64,000 nucleotides of DNA from Candidatus Levyibacteriota bacterium (GTDB taxonomy: Bacteria > Patescibacteriota > Microgenomatia > Levybacterales > UBA12049): assembly GCA_963722305.1 (NCBI GenBank), contig CAVRKE010000002.1, forward strand, positions 379,878 through 443,877. Direction: 5' to 3'. The notes below the pieces were generated by a model. It was not told where the DNA came from. It worked only from the letters and a program-made list of their open reading frames with translations, and ran no database searches. Every line of letters starts with the position of its first letter. Position 1 is the stretch's first letter. Shown here piece after piece: positions 43,401 through 47,568 of the stretch. The position numbers were made by a program, and so were the translations under genes.

Positions 43401-45002
43401 AACGGCAATTTGACCACCAGTGGGGCTTTGAATTTGACCAACGGTTCGTTTAGCTCCGACAACAACGGCAACTTGGTGATGCAACTGGCCAATAATACCA
43501 GCGCCACCACTTCAACCCAGTTTACGTTTAAGAATGCTGCCGGAGCCAATGTCTTCTCGGTTGATTCAACCGGCAATGCCGCTTTATCGGGAACTTTAAC
43601 CACCTCTGCCGGCAATTATGATTTGGCTGAGGATTATCCAACCAAAGACGACGTTGAAGCAGGCGATGTTTTGTCGGTGAGCCTTACCGATAATGGGTTT
43701 GTTACCAAATCAAACGGAACTTACGACACTAATGTTATCGGCATTTACTCAACCAAACCCGGTTTCAGACTTTCCGAAACGGATGCAACTATTAACGGCG
43801 GTAAAACAGTTCCAATCGCTCTGGCCGGAAGAGTACCGGTTAAGGTCTCAACTGAAAACGGGGCAATCCATAAGGGCGATTACTTGACCACTTCCTCAAC
43901 AAGCGGGGTGGCTATGAAAGCCAGCAAACCGGGACAAGTCATCGGTAAAGCTTTGGCAGACTTTAACCAAACTGGAGTCGGTAAGATTATGGTCTTTGTT
44001 GATATTACTTTTGCCGATCCGGAAAAAGCCTTGGCCAATATTATCACCGACGATAACGGCAACATCGCCATTTCCAGCATTAGTTCAAACTCTGTCATTC
44101 TGCCGAACGACTTGCAAATCGGTACACAGGAAGTCGGTGGCACACTCAACAATGCCTTACTGGCAATCAGCAATACGCTTACGTCTCATGAAAACAAACT
44201 TAATACTTTGCAAACCGACGTCTTAGGACTAGCAACTCAGTCAGCCAGCTTAAACTCAAGAATTGCCAGTTTGGAAACCATTGAAGCAACTGCTTCTTCG
44301 CAAATTGCCCAAAGCACTAACCAGGTCGCTTCAAATGCCGCCGATGTGGCCAGCTTGAGCAGAAAAGTTGACGACATTATTTCCAGCCTTAGCGCTATGC
44401 CGACTGCGCCGGTTAATGTCAGTTCCGCCGCCGACCTTGGTCTTGGCAATGATGTTGAGTTAAGTACCGCCACTGTTTCCGGAAACCTCAACGTCTTAGG
44501 CCAAACCACTGTTAATGACCTTGGTATCACCGGCAATGTTTCAATGGGAGTTCTTAAACTTAACGGGTTGAATGATAACGGTACTGCCAGCATTAACACT
44601 TTATCCGGTGACCTAAGTCTTCAGGATTACGGGCTGGGCGGATTAAATATTCTTTCCGGCAAAGTGACAATTGATAAAGACGGCAATGTGAATATCCAAA
44701 AAACAGTTACTGCCCAAACCGTGAACACGCAAAAACTGAATATCACTACCGCGACTGCCACTTCTTCGGCAACGCTTAGTGCATCCGCCGGCACTGCCAC
44801 CATTAGTCAGAATACTGACAGTGTCACGATTAAAACCACCGCTGTCACCAACAATTCTTTGATATATGTGACCTTTAGCGGCGACTACAGTCCGGCGGTC
44901 AGGTATTGGATTGAAGGCAAAGTGGCCGGTAATTCATTCACCGTCAAACTCGATGCGGCAGTTGCCAACAGTGTTAAATTCAACTGGTGGATAGTTAATT
45001 AG
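23877..45002 (+). CDS. Giant T/N/G/S-rich modular repeat protein, C-terminal part (or continuation of the same gene). The homologous in-frame sequence really begins after the insertion near 23995; the first ~40 codons of the ORF-track ORF are out-of-frame read-through.
   Basis: 7041-aa ORF. Same module family as the upstream ORF, with 1044 bp identical to its 3' end. Non-repetitive C-terminal 6.5 kb carries a ConA/LamG-like domain, GxVGIGTxxP motifs, paralogous modules and a coiled coil. Stop TAG at 45000-45002. Confidence 0.8.
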   Translation: MFLPLTAEQPLLQDKTSWPRVNQPLHPLPVVVLPLILPMANTFFRLNGLSTAILVPICLDSSNNVIVLYQSTVSLQTAYHGGNTITTTTGRNIDFTLGSGLATSFNLTNQGTATGFNLNNTSSGNALAVTSGGINALTIDNNGNSTSSGNFTTSGNIATANSGTITSNGLLTASNGLTVTTGNVNITGTAGAISLSSLNASSIALSGTNNLTITANNFNVSGTGINNTAIGAGSTQSTGAFTTLSSNNNTTLASGAGATLTLGNTTGTVTLNGSTVSINSNGAGNALSLGIAGNTASAFNVSQGSNKYINVNTSTGTENVAFGNTSTNPSYSFLGTGQTTFGGNVSVSGTLGVTGNTSLSTVNTSGLATLDSLLTENFATVSGTLTVNDLTQLNSTLGVSGNTSLGGTLGVTGNVSVNTNKFTIDASTGNTVIGGTLTVTGNTSLSTLNTSGLATLNSASVTNNETVGGALTVTGVSTFNGGATVASGQNFLAQGQSTFTPSASSGITVNTTNANTFFRLNGLSSNPGTPICLDSSNNVIACANASLSLQNAYLGGNTITTTTGRNIDFTLGSGLATSFNLTNQGTATGFNLNNTSSGNALAVTSGGINALTIDSSGNLTTNGNFSQGGTATTFSTGTGNVSLNGNTAVTGSNTFTVGTGATSLGGTLGVTGNVSVNTNKFTIDASTGNTVIGGTLTVTGNTSLSTLNTSGLATLNSASVTNNETVGGALTVTGVSTFNGGATVASGQNFLAQGQSTFTPSASSGITVNTTNANTFFRLNGLSSNPGTPICLDSSNNVIACANASLSLQNAYLGGNTITTTTGRNIDFTLGSGLATSFNLTNQGTATGFNLNNTSSGNALAVTSGGINALTIDSSGNLTTNGNFSQGGTATTFSTGTGNVSLNGNTAVTGSNTFTVGTGATSLGGTLGVTGNVSVNTNKFTIDASTGNTVIGGTLTVTGNTSLSTLNTSGLATLNSASVTNNETVGGALTVTGVSTFNGGATVASGQNFLAQGQSTFTPSASSGITVNTTNANTFFRLNGLSSNPGTPICLDSSNNVIACANASLSLQNAYLGGNTITTTTGRNIDFTLGSGLATSFNLTNQGTATGFNLNNTSSGNALAVTSGGINALTIDSSGNLTTNGNFSQGGTATTFSTGTGNVSLNGNTAVTGSNTFTVGTGATSLGGTLGVTGNVSVNTNKFTIDASTGNTVIGGTLTVTGNTSLSTLNTSGLATLNSASVTNNETVGGALTVTGVSTFNGGATVASGQNFLAQGQSTFTPSASSGITVNTTNANTFFRLNGLSTPAAAGVALCLDSSNNVTQCSSNTVTLQTAYAGGNTITTTTGRNIDFTLGSGLATSFNLTNQGTATGFNLNNTSSGNALAVTSGGINALTIDSSGNLTTNGNFSQGGTATTFSTGTGNVSLNGNTAVTGSNTFTVGTGATSLGGTLGVTGNVSVNTNKFTIDASTGNTVIGGTLTVTGNTSLSTLNTSGLATLNSASVTNNETVGGLLTANAGVKVNGTGSTADITTDKSTANIFNTTATTVNLGGAATTISLGATSGTTTINNNLAVSLVDNSAYAFSVYEGANSYLNVSTVDSSENVAFGNTSTNPSYSFLGSGATTFTGNINANSGVIATSQSSASIFNSTATTVNLGGAATNINIGATSGTATIKNAIVSLPNATQVNASNAAGNFNSLTTGGGYTSTGATIGSSGNIQAKGTLTIDLTSTLTGLVTASSGVKINGTSTADITTDKSTATLFNTTATTVNIGGAATTISLGATSGTTTINNNLAVTGTGTFTGALTANNNFSANAQSTFTPSSGNGVLINVGNSNSFLRLTGLTSAAGNPICLDSSNNVIACANAALSLQNAYIGGNTITTSDNRDIAFNLAATGADSNFTVTTAAGGIGYSAFVRADGSASLDPSQLVLIQNLNTGRSLPVGLKIAGVNGGNVTTGIDLTDSYLTTAIDVGGNIIKGTDFSITGSNGNITTSGTVAVNSGSITTTYATGNVFNSVASTLNLGGAATNINIGATSGTATIKNAIVSLPNATQVNASNAAGNFNSLTTGGGYTSTGATIDNSGNIQANGNLTIIGTSDLNGNTTVGAALGVTGNVSVNTNKFTIDASTGNTVIGGTLTVTGNTSLSTLNTSGLATLNSASVTNNETVGGALTVTGVSTFNGGATVASGQNFLAQGQSTFTPSASSGITVNTTNANTFFRLNGLSSNPGTPICLDSSNNVIACANASLSLQNAYLGGNTITTTTGRNIDFTLASSGGIGYDANFNITTANGSTSSTIFSLADGSNTTVPNQLVLLDNKNTTNILPSAIKVTSSGGGAITNAIDLSDSHIVNALSLGTGNITSAHFTLTGTSGNISTDGLLTVGAGVKVNGTGSTADITTDKSTATLFNTTATTVNIGGAATAVNIGATSGTTTINSGTLSLPNATAVTAGSALLTIDSASIGGGYGSTGVTISNTGNIQADGTLTIGSTSDLKGQVTAEAGVKVNGTGSTADITTDKSTANIFNTTATTVNLGGAATTISLGATSGTTTINSGTLSLPNATAVTAGSALLTIDSASIGGGYGSTGVTISNTGNIQADGTLTIGSTSDLKGQVTAEAGVKVNGTGSTADITTDKSTANIFNTTATTVNLGGAATTISLGATSGTTTINNNLAVSLVDNSAYAFSVYEGANSYLNVSTVDSSENVAFGNTSTNPSYSFLGSGATTFTGNINANSGVIATSQSSASIFNSTATTVNLGGAATNINIGATSGTATIKNAIVSLPNATQVNASNAAGNFNSLTTGGGYTSTGATIGSSGNIQANGTLTINGTSLLSGAVTTNDTLTVNGTTNANIVSSNSTVNLFNSGSSSLYIGGGASTISLGATTGTTTVNTDLTLGSGKKLTTTGPVSFNPGSSNNVAITTGASSFLVISGLSQTSGSAICVDSSNRVVKCDSSTQGLQAAYNNGNTITTASSKDIAFNLANNSNFSVTTAADTTGYSIFREGPNSITTVPNQLILVDNAGTIPVPEGIVIGNSGGGGIITGVDVSAATTTGIALGGTGISGTNFNVNGSTGDVTTSGTINANGGTIATTSTGTVNLFNTNATGLNIGGAATGVSIGATSGTATIKNAIISLPNATQVNASNASGNFNSLTTGSGYTSGTGTTITSTGVIQTKSNLTVDGSSTLTGDVTTSGTINANGGTLATSVTGTASIFNTNATGLNIGGAATTISLGATSGTTTINNNLTLGSGKTLTTTGPVSFNPGSGNNVAITTGASSFLTISGLSQNAGSSLCLDGSNHVGTCNSAAQSLQAAYNNGNTITTTDARDIAFTLAPHVSTTDSNFTVTTANGSTGGTQFLRASGGSTNNPSQLVLIQNQATGALPIGLKVGGVVTTAVDLSDSNIVNALNLGGGNVLASKFSITGSTGNISTSGTLTVDGGSIATTISSSTINLFNTNATTVNLGGAATTLAMGATSGTASINNTTINFNNATAINAASAVTGVSSLTTGGGYGSTGATIDNSGNIQAKGTLTIDSTSQLSGAVTTNGTLTVNGASSANIVSSNSTVNLFNSGSSSLYIGGGASTISLGATTGTTTVNTDLTLGSGKKLTTTGPVSFNPGSSNNVAITGGANSYITVSGMQTTTGQSPTLCIDSSNRIVKCDASANLSLQSAYNNGNSITTTSSKDIVFNLANNSNFSVTTAAGATGNSMFSEAANAGSTVPTQLILVDNAGVLGVDNAIPTAIKVTSTGGAGFTTGIDVSAALTTGIALGTSGISGTYFNVDTAGNTSMNGTLTVNGGTIGTTVSLSTINLFNTNATTVNLGGAATNLAMGATSGTATINNAIVNFPHATTIGASGAAGNFKSLTTGGGYGSTGATIDNSGNIQAKGTLTIDSTSQLSGAVTTNGTLTVNGASSANIVSSNSTVNLFNSGSSSLYIGGGASTISLGATTGTTTVNTDLTLGSGKKLTTTGPVSFNPGSSNNVAITTSGNSFLSVSGLQASTGTPICVDGSNHVVTCTASATLQSAYNNGNSITTTSSKDIVFNLANNSNFSVTTAAGATGNSMFSEAANAGSTVPTQLILVDNAGVLGVDNAIPTAIKVTSTGGAGFTTGIDVSAALTTGIALGTSGISGTYFNVDTAGNTSMNGTLTVNGGTIGTTVSLSTINLFNTNATTVNLGGAATNLAMGATSGTATINNAIVNFPHATTIGASGAAGNFKSLTTGGGYGSTGATIDNSGNIQAKGTLTIDSTSQLSGAVTTNGTLTVNGTPNANIVSSNSTVNLFNSGSSSLYIGGGASTISLGATTGTTTVNNNLTITGTLTGNGQTNLTPANNNNVAITLAGTSNFSITGLSGAAGTSLCLDSSNRVATCNAGSSAATLQSAYNTGNTITTSSSKDITFSLAGSSSNFSVITPASSTAYSAFTRASGTGSVDPSQLVLIQNQQTRTLPIGLKVAGVSSGVVTTAIDLSDANITNALALGAGNITATHFSLTGSNGNLSTDGTLAVNGGTISTNQSTFNLVNDVTATTVNFAEGATNLTMGATSGTASIRNGVLSLPNATAVNASSATGNFYSLTTGGGYSSTGATIDNSGNIQAKGTLTIDSTSQLTGTVTAGGGLVVNGTGLTGDITTAKATGTLFNTSTATVNIGGAATTISIGATTGTTTINNALTISGTLTANGAANIGNGSSTIALSGTTLTTTTTSTNTISIPDNLASAFDIKQGSNDYFNITTTNGSRSISFGNATTNPAYNFNGSGTMTLTGSLVVNGGNVSATSGTSVNLFNTSQTTSLSIGGNATTIALGAATGTTTVSNNLTVSGATTTLASTLVSLTGTSPVVDTTGSNTLSINATHNNPVTFGSGTFTVNSSTINLAGTSPVAIAATTTNAALAIDSNGSGALNLQGTNTTGDVNIAGGYNNTGCTIYNASGNISCSGSFTTNASTGTVQFGYFNRNFTTGVISNATAGDTLSISSTSNGTSALTIANTALTGNGIAGFTNNLTITGTGAGNKYYGENTTVTNNQTGAADTAYGENISFVDAGALANTVYGLYVDASTANANDTQYAAAFMNGNVGIGTNTPTAKLGITGATGDTGLTLAGITSGTEINLSSSITSGTGMTINAAGLTSGNGIILNGTSPTNPAAFSGNMISIAPTRTISSGTSSINDTGNYLSIARSNSVSVANTFTISGDLVKLSSGCTVSNGGVCADTSHLLSLYQTLASASGSLLYINNVSKGLALDINSMGYTNPVASISGTTSFAALVANNNGVGDLFTASASGWTRFSIDNSGNVNTTGNLTLAGTTGLTLSGNGADINFTGAASNIDTLTTANNNNFAILPNGTGFVGLNTTSPVASFDVRGNSGTLAAASVSAKTSFAALVANNNGVGDLFTASASGWTRFVIKNNGNVGIGTSTPSTTVGGNVLEINSTVAGNSGLKFTQLNSNSAVSSNYSQLLGLDSSGDVGLSSAGISLTSPALAYWDATHDPTGANYSYPQASVLSLGSTNFTPTWTLANGEQLTNANTNETGDINWSFSQVPFEEIQFQFKAGGGNGADSTWFYSYADDIPTTEYGNASGSTHNFTQGYLIYFTEWHNCVGISYGPYLDQHQCNPGAQGTGPIAAAPLYNIADGNWHAVDIQILYNQIVVRWDGNVVLTATDQFGRDTSKLNFGFASRTGGDDNNHYIKGLLVTKLGTNTSQYYISSNVSPLASGLYWNNASTSASTTTGLGKLGINVTSPAYTLEMNGTMNIHAPVYNTGTAEQGGSLTNCSYASGGSNPTASTTVTGIGTSWTSALVGDIITMPDGTEETITAVGSTTSMTVSGTRGICPGTYSINAPQTLMVSSANSTLPAVNVGGVNAYAALAVNNSGTGDVFTASSSGTTLFTIGHNGNLTSNASSGTGLNFANNGITTDINLQNGGTIDNHTNGQIKLATAGTTGNLTDVDFIGTPTLTGALNGLQVDVSGLTTTQAGANNLTGLNIVGFQGGSTNNYGMNIGTITGTGSSVNYGLNIGNVTGGGTNYGLRVQTIAAAAANYALYIDAPAQNYFAGNLGLGTTSPNAAFDIEGNTQTLALIGTGATSSANIRFQVTNSISSTASAQIWNAFPNSGNSACTNSQCHTALSLKLGANNTSLPGLGDRFINFATGNGTIIGKIQGNGANVAYASAGGDYAEWFRKDNPDQNFAYGDVVCLNANGNVVECDSNNNQPLGVISSSSAFIGNSNYDDDPAYVLVGLFGQISTSVSNQNGNIETGDFLTVSPTTGVAMKASSAGQVIGEAMEDYSSDQVGQILVRVNPTWYDPQVYLTDTGNLNLVDQNVSDINYTIPHYYTLNDALGNPLQRVGEFSSALIANLQAGSANIQQLTTNALKVTGENITINGQNIHDYIASIVNEVLGNQTGVPTPENMHTDLISPLASDSALAIKFDNNELEILNSNTASGSAVAIIDNQGNASFSGKLNSNELAVSTNATVSGTLTAGKIVANSLELSNQALTDLASELSTASGFAVSGGFQINGELTSTNATLGSQGQLAIDNNGNLTTSGALNLTNGSFSSDNNGNLVMQLANNTSATTSTQFTFKNAAGANVFSVDSTGNAALSGTLTTSAGNYDLAEDYPTKDDVEAGDVLSVSLTDNGFVTKSNGTYDTNVIGIYSTKPGFRLSETDATINGGKTVPIALAGRVPVKVSTENGAIHKGDYLTTSSTSGVAMKASKPGQVIGKALADFNQTGVGKIMVFVDITFADPEKALANIITDDNGNIAISSISSNSVILPNDLQIGTQEVGGTLNNALLAISNTLTSHENKLNTLQTDVLGLATQSASLNSRIASLETIEATASSQIAQSTNQVASNAADVASLSRKVDDIISSLSAMPTAPVNVSSAADLGLGNDVELSTATVSGNLNVLGQTTVNDLGITGNVSMGVLKLNGLNDNGTASINTLSGDLSLQDYGLGGLNILSGKVTIDKDGNVNIQKTVTAQTVNTQKLNITTATATSSATLSASAGTATISQNTDSVTIKTTAVTNNSLIYVTFSGDYSPAVRYWIEGKVAGNSFTVKLDAAVANSVKFNWWIVN
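25084..28393 (+). repeat. Intragenic tandem array, 777-bp unit (259 aa), about 4.3 copies, near-identical. Copy 4 has a variant Cys-loop.
   Basis: Unit GTLGVTGNVSVNTNKFTIDAS...NGLSSNPGTPICLDSSNNVIACANASLSLQNAYLGGNTITTTTGRNIDF... repeats. Identical antisense ORFs at 25754, 26531, 27308 and 28091. Confidence 0.9.
31005..31860 (+). repeat. Intragenic tandem array, 348-bp unit (116 aa), about 2.4 copies, near-identical.
   Basis: AGVKVNGTGSTADITTDKSTA...LKGQVTAE repeats at 31005, 31353 and 31701. Antisense ORF 30944..31813 shows the internal repeat. Confidence 0.85.
34330..36620 (+). repeat. Imperfect tandem triplication with periods of about 1074 and 1062 bp.
   Basis: Antisense ORF offsets 34373->35447 (1074), 35171->36233 and 35447->36509 (1062). 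Block SSNSTVNLFNSGSSSLYIGGGASTISLGATTGTTTVN recurs. A fourth more distant copy sits near 32400. Confidence 0.75.
40392..40890 (+). other. Concanavalin A/LamG-like lectin (jelly-roll) domain within the giant protein's C-terminal region.
   Basis: Segment ...WFYSYADD...GYLIYFTEWHNCVGISYGP...GNWHAVDIQILYNQIVVRWDGNVVLTATDQFGRDTSKLNFGFASR matches the W-H-x-V...LY-x-N/DG-x-V pattern of the ConA-like/LamG superfamily. This is a motif-level call, not an HMM hit. Confidence 0.45.
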
Positions 45003-45033
45003 GCTGAAAACCGTTTTAAGATAAGCTTGGGTA

Positions 45034-45063
45034 TTGTAATCTAATTCGTCCAACTGATATTAT
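45034..45063 (+). promoter_or_regulatory. Possible sigma70-like promoter for ppsA: TTGTAA, 18-nt spacer, TATTAT. No Shine-Dalgarno before the ATG.
   Basis: Motif spacing read from the sequence 16-45 nt upstream of the ATG at 45079. Confidence 0.3.
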
Positions 45064-45078
45064 AAATATACCTGCCCT

Positions 45079-47538
45079 ATGGAAAAAGATAAAAAATTCA
45101 TTCTCTGGTTTGACGAAATCACTAAAGACGACATTCCGCTTGTCGGCGGCAAAAACGCCAATCTCGGCGAAATGTACCAAAAATTAGTCAACAGCAAAAA
45201 CGACACTTTCCCCGACGAACAAATTAGAGTCCCTTTTGGTTTTGCGGTTACCGCTTATTCATACCGCTATTTTTTGGAAAAAAATGAGTTGGATATAAAA
45301 ATTAAAGAAGCGTTGGAGGGACTTGATACCGGCAATATGCATGCGCTCGAAGCGGCCGGACTTAAGGTAAGAGATATGATTATCTCCGCCAAAATCCCCC
45401 AAGAAATGGAAGATGCAATCGTCTTAGCATATAAAGAACTGGCCGAAAAACTAAAGATTGACCAAGCGGATTTGGATGTGGCGGTCAGGAGTTCTGCTAC
45501 AGCCGAAGATTTGCCGAATGCCTCTTTTGCCGGACAACAGGAATCATATTTAAACGTCCACGGCAACCACAATGTTTTACATTCGATTAAACTGGCTTTC
45601 GCTTCACTATTTACCAACCGGGCAATTTCTTACCGGGTTGACGAACATTTTGACCATTTTCAGATTTCCCTTTCCTGTGCGGTACAAAAGATGGTACGAA
45701 GTGATAAAGGCTGCTCTGGTGTCATGTTTACTTTAGATACGGAGTCGGGATTTCGCAATGTCGTTTTGATTAACGGTTCCTGGGGCTTGGGGGAATTTAT
45801 TGTTAAGGGAATTGTTACACCGGACGAGTATATGGTTTTTAAGCCGACTCTTACTCAAGGCAAAAATGCGATCATTAATAAAAAATTAGGCAGCAAGGAG
45901 AAAAAATTAATCTATTCCCACGAAGGCACAAAACCAACCAAAGAAGTGCTTGTCCATGACAGCGACCGCCAAAAATTTGTTTTAAGCGATGAGCAGATTT
46001 TACAGCTTTCCCGCTGGGGCATGATTATCGAACAGCATTATGGGAAACCGATGGATATGGAGTGGGCCTTTGACGGCAATGATCTATACATTGTCCAAGC
46101 CCGCCCAGAAACCGTCCAGGCCAGAAAAGACTTAACGGTTCTGGAAGAATATAAATTATTGGAGCACGGCAAAGTTTTGGTAGAGGGTGCGGCGGTTGGG
46201 GCAAAAATTGGACAGGGTAAAGCCCGCTTTATTAAAGACCCTGACATGCTGGACCAGTTTCAACCGGGTGAAGTTTTAATTGCCGAAATTACCGACCCCG
46301 ATTGGGAACCGATTATGAAAAAAGCCAGCGCCATCGTTACCAATTCCGGCGGCAGAACTTCGCACGCGGCAATTGTCTCCAGAGAACTGGGTATTCCGGC
46401 AGTGGTTGGCACCGGCAATGCCACCAAAGTAATCTCAACCGGTACGGATATTACCGTTTGCTGCGCCGAAGGCGAGGATGGGAAAGTTTATGAAGGGCAT
46501 TTAAAATTTGAGGTTCAAAAAACCGACCTAAAAGATTTCCAGGCGCCGAAAACCAAAATTAAAATGATTGTGGCCGACCCGGAATTTGTTTTTAATTATT
46601 CCTTTATTCCCAATGAAGGCGTTGGTTTGGCAAGAGAGGAATTTGTAATCACTAATTTTATTAAGATTCACCCCAATGCCCTATTAAATTATGACAAGAT
46701 TGATGATAAGGAAGTTAAAAAAACAATTGACGAATTAACTGCCGGTTATGAAAATAAAGTTGACTATTATGTCCAAAAATTGGCCTATGGCATAAGCATT
46801 ATTGCCGCCGCCTTTTATCCACATGAAGTAATCCTAAGGTTTAGCGACTTTAAGACCAACGAATACTCTTCCTTAATTGGCGGGAAAGACTACGAACCGG
46901 CAGAAGAAAATCCGATGATTGGCTGGAGAGGTGCAAGCCGCTATTATGACCCCAATTTCGAAAGCGCATTTGCCTTGGAATGCCGGGCTGTCAAAAAAGT
47001 CAGGGAGGAAATGGGCCTTTATAATTTGCAGGTGATGATTCCTTTTTGCCGGACACCGGAAGAGGGACAAAAGGTTTTGGAAGTGATGGCTAAAAATGGG
47101 CTTCCCCATACCAAACATGAACACGCCAGAGAAGTTGCCAAGAAAGACGACATCGATGAAAAATTGCGGGTTTGGGTAATGGCGGAAATTCCTTCAAACA
47201 TTCTGCAGGTTGATGACTTTGCCGCACTTTTTGACGGGTTCTCAATCGGCTCTAATGATTTAACCCAGCTGACATTAGGCCTTGACCGCGATTCCAAAAT
47301 TGTGGCCCATATTGGCAACGAAAAAAGTAATTCGGTCAAAAAATTAATCCAGATGCTTATTTCCCGTGCCCATGAATTGGATATGCCTGTTGGAATTTGC
47401 GGACAGGGCCCGTCGGATTTTCCCGACTTTGCGGAATTTTTGGTCTCCGAGGGAATCGATTCAATTAGCCTTCAACCGGACAGCGTTTTAAAAACCTCAA
47501 TCAGGCTTAAAGAGCTTGAAGACCGCTTGGGGAAATAA
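45079..47538 (+). CDS. ppsA: Phosphoenolpyruvate synthase (pyruvate, water dikinase)
   Basis: 819 aa. Hallmark motifs VRSSATAEDLPNASFAGQQESYLNV, phospho-His loop GGRTSHAAIVSRELGIPAVVG, and C-terminal PEP-utilising domain GFSIGSNDLTQLTLGLDRDS with GICGQGPSD. Collinear with E. coli PpsA. Confidence 0.95.
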   Translation: MEKDKKFILWFDEITKDDIPLVGGKNANLGEMYQKLVNSKNDTFPDEQIRVPFGFAVTAYSYRYFLEKNELDIKIKEALEGLDTGNMHALEAAGLKVRDMIISAKIPQEMEDAIVLAYKELAEKLKIDQADLDVAVRSSATAEDLPNASFAGQQESYLNVHGNHNVLHSIKLAFASLFTNRAISYRVDEHFDHFQISLSCAVQKMVRSDKGCSGVMFTLDTESGFRNVVLINGSWGLGEFIVKGIVTPDEYMVFKPTLTQGKNAIINKKLGSKEKKLIYSHEGTKPTKEVLVHDSDRQKFVLSDEQILQLSRWGMIIEQHYGKPMDMEWAFDGNDLYIVQARPETVQARKDLTVLEEYKLLEHGKVLVEGAAVGAKIGQGKARFIKDPDMLDQFQPGEVLIAEITDPDWEPIMKKASAIVTNSGGRTSHAAIVSRELGIPAVVGTGNATKVISTGTDITVCCAEGEDGKVYEGHLKFEVQKTDLKDFQAPKTKIKMIVADPEFVFNYSFIPNEGVGLAREEFVITNFIKIHPNALLNYDKIDDKEVKKTIDELTAGYENKVDYYVQKLAYGISIIAAAFYPHEVILRFSDFKTNEYSSLIGGKDYEPAEENPMIGWRGASRYYDPNFESAFALECRAVKKVREEMGLYNLQVMIPFCRTPEEGQKVLEVMAKNGLPHTKHEHAREVAKKDDIDEKLRVWVMAEIPSNILQVDDFAALFDGFSIGSNDLTQLTLGLDRDSKIVAHIGNEKSNSVKKLIQMLISRAHELDMPVGICGQGPSDFPDFAEFLVSEGIDSISLQPDSVLKTSIRLKELEDRLGK

Positions 47539-47568
47539 TTTAAGTAGTATAATAATCTAAGACCAAAT

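Noticed and set aside
42290-44030. Peptidase S74 / intramolecular-chaperone auto-cleavage domain call for the C-terminal paralogous modules
   Set aside because: I could not find the SDxRxK-type cleavage motif I associate with that family. The similarity is only a vague impression.
404-44599. Dozens of minus-strand ORFs of 60-290 aa inside the giant genes (e.g. 404..838, 6353..6883, 10538..11143, 30944..31813, 39467..40138, 42989..43615)
   Set aside because: They are Val/Pro/Leu/Ala-rich antisense read-throughs of T/N/G/S-rich codons with no starts or RBS context. Their byte-identical repetition simply mirrors the sense-strand tandem arrays. The sense ORF is continuous and strongly patterned.
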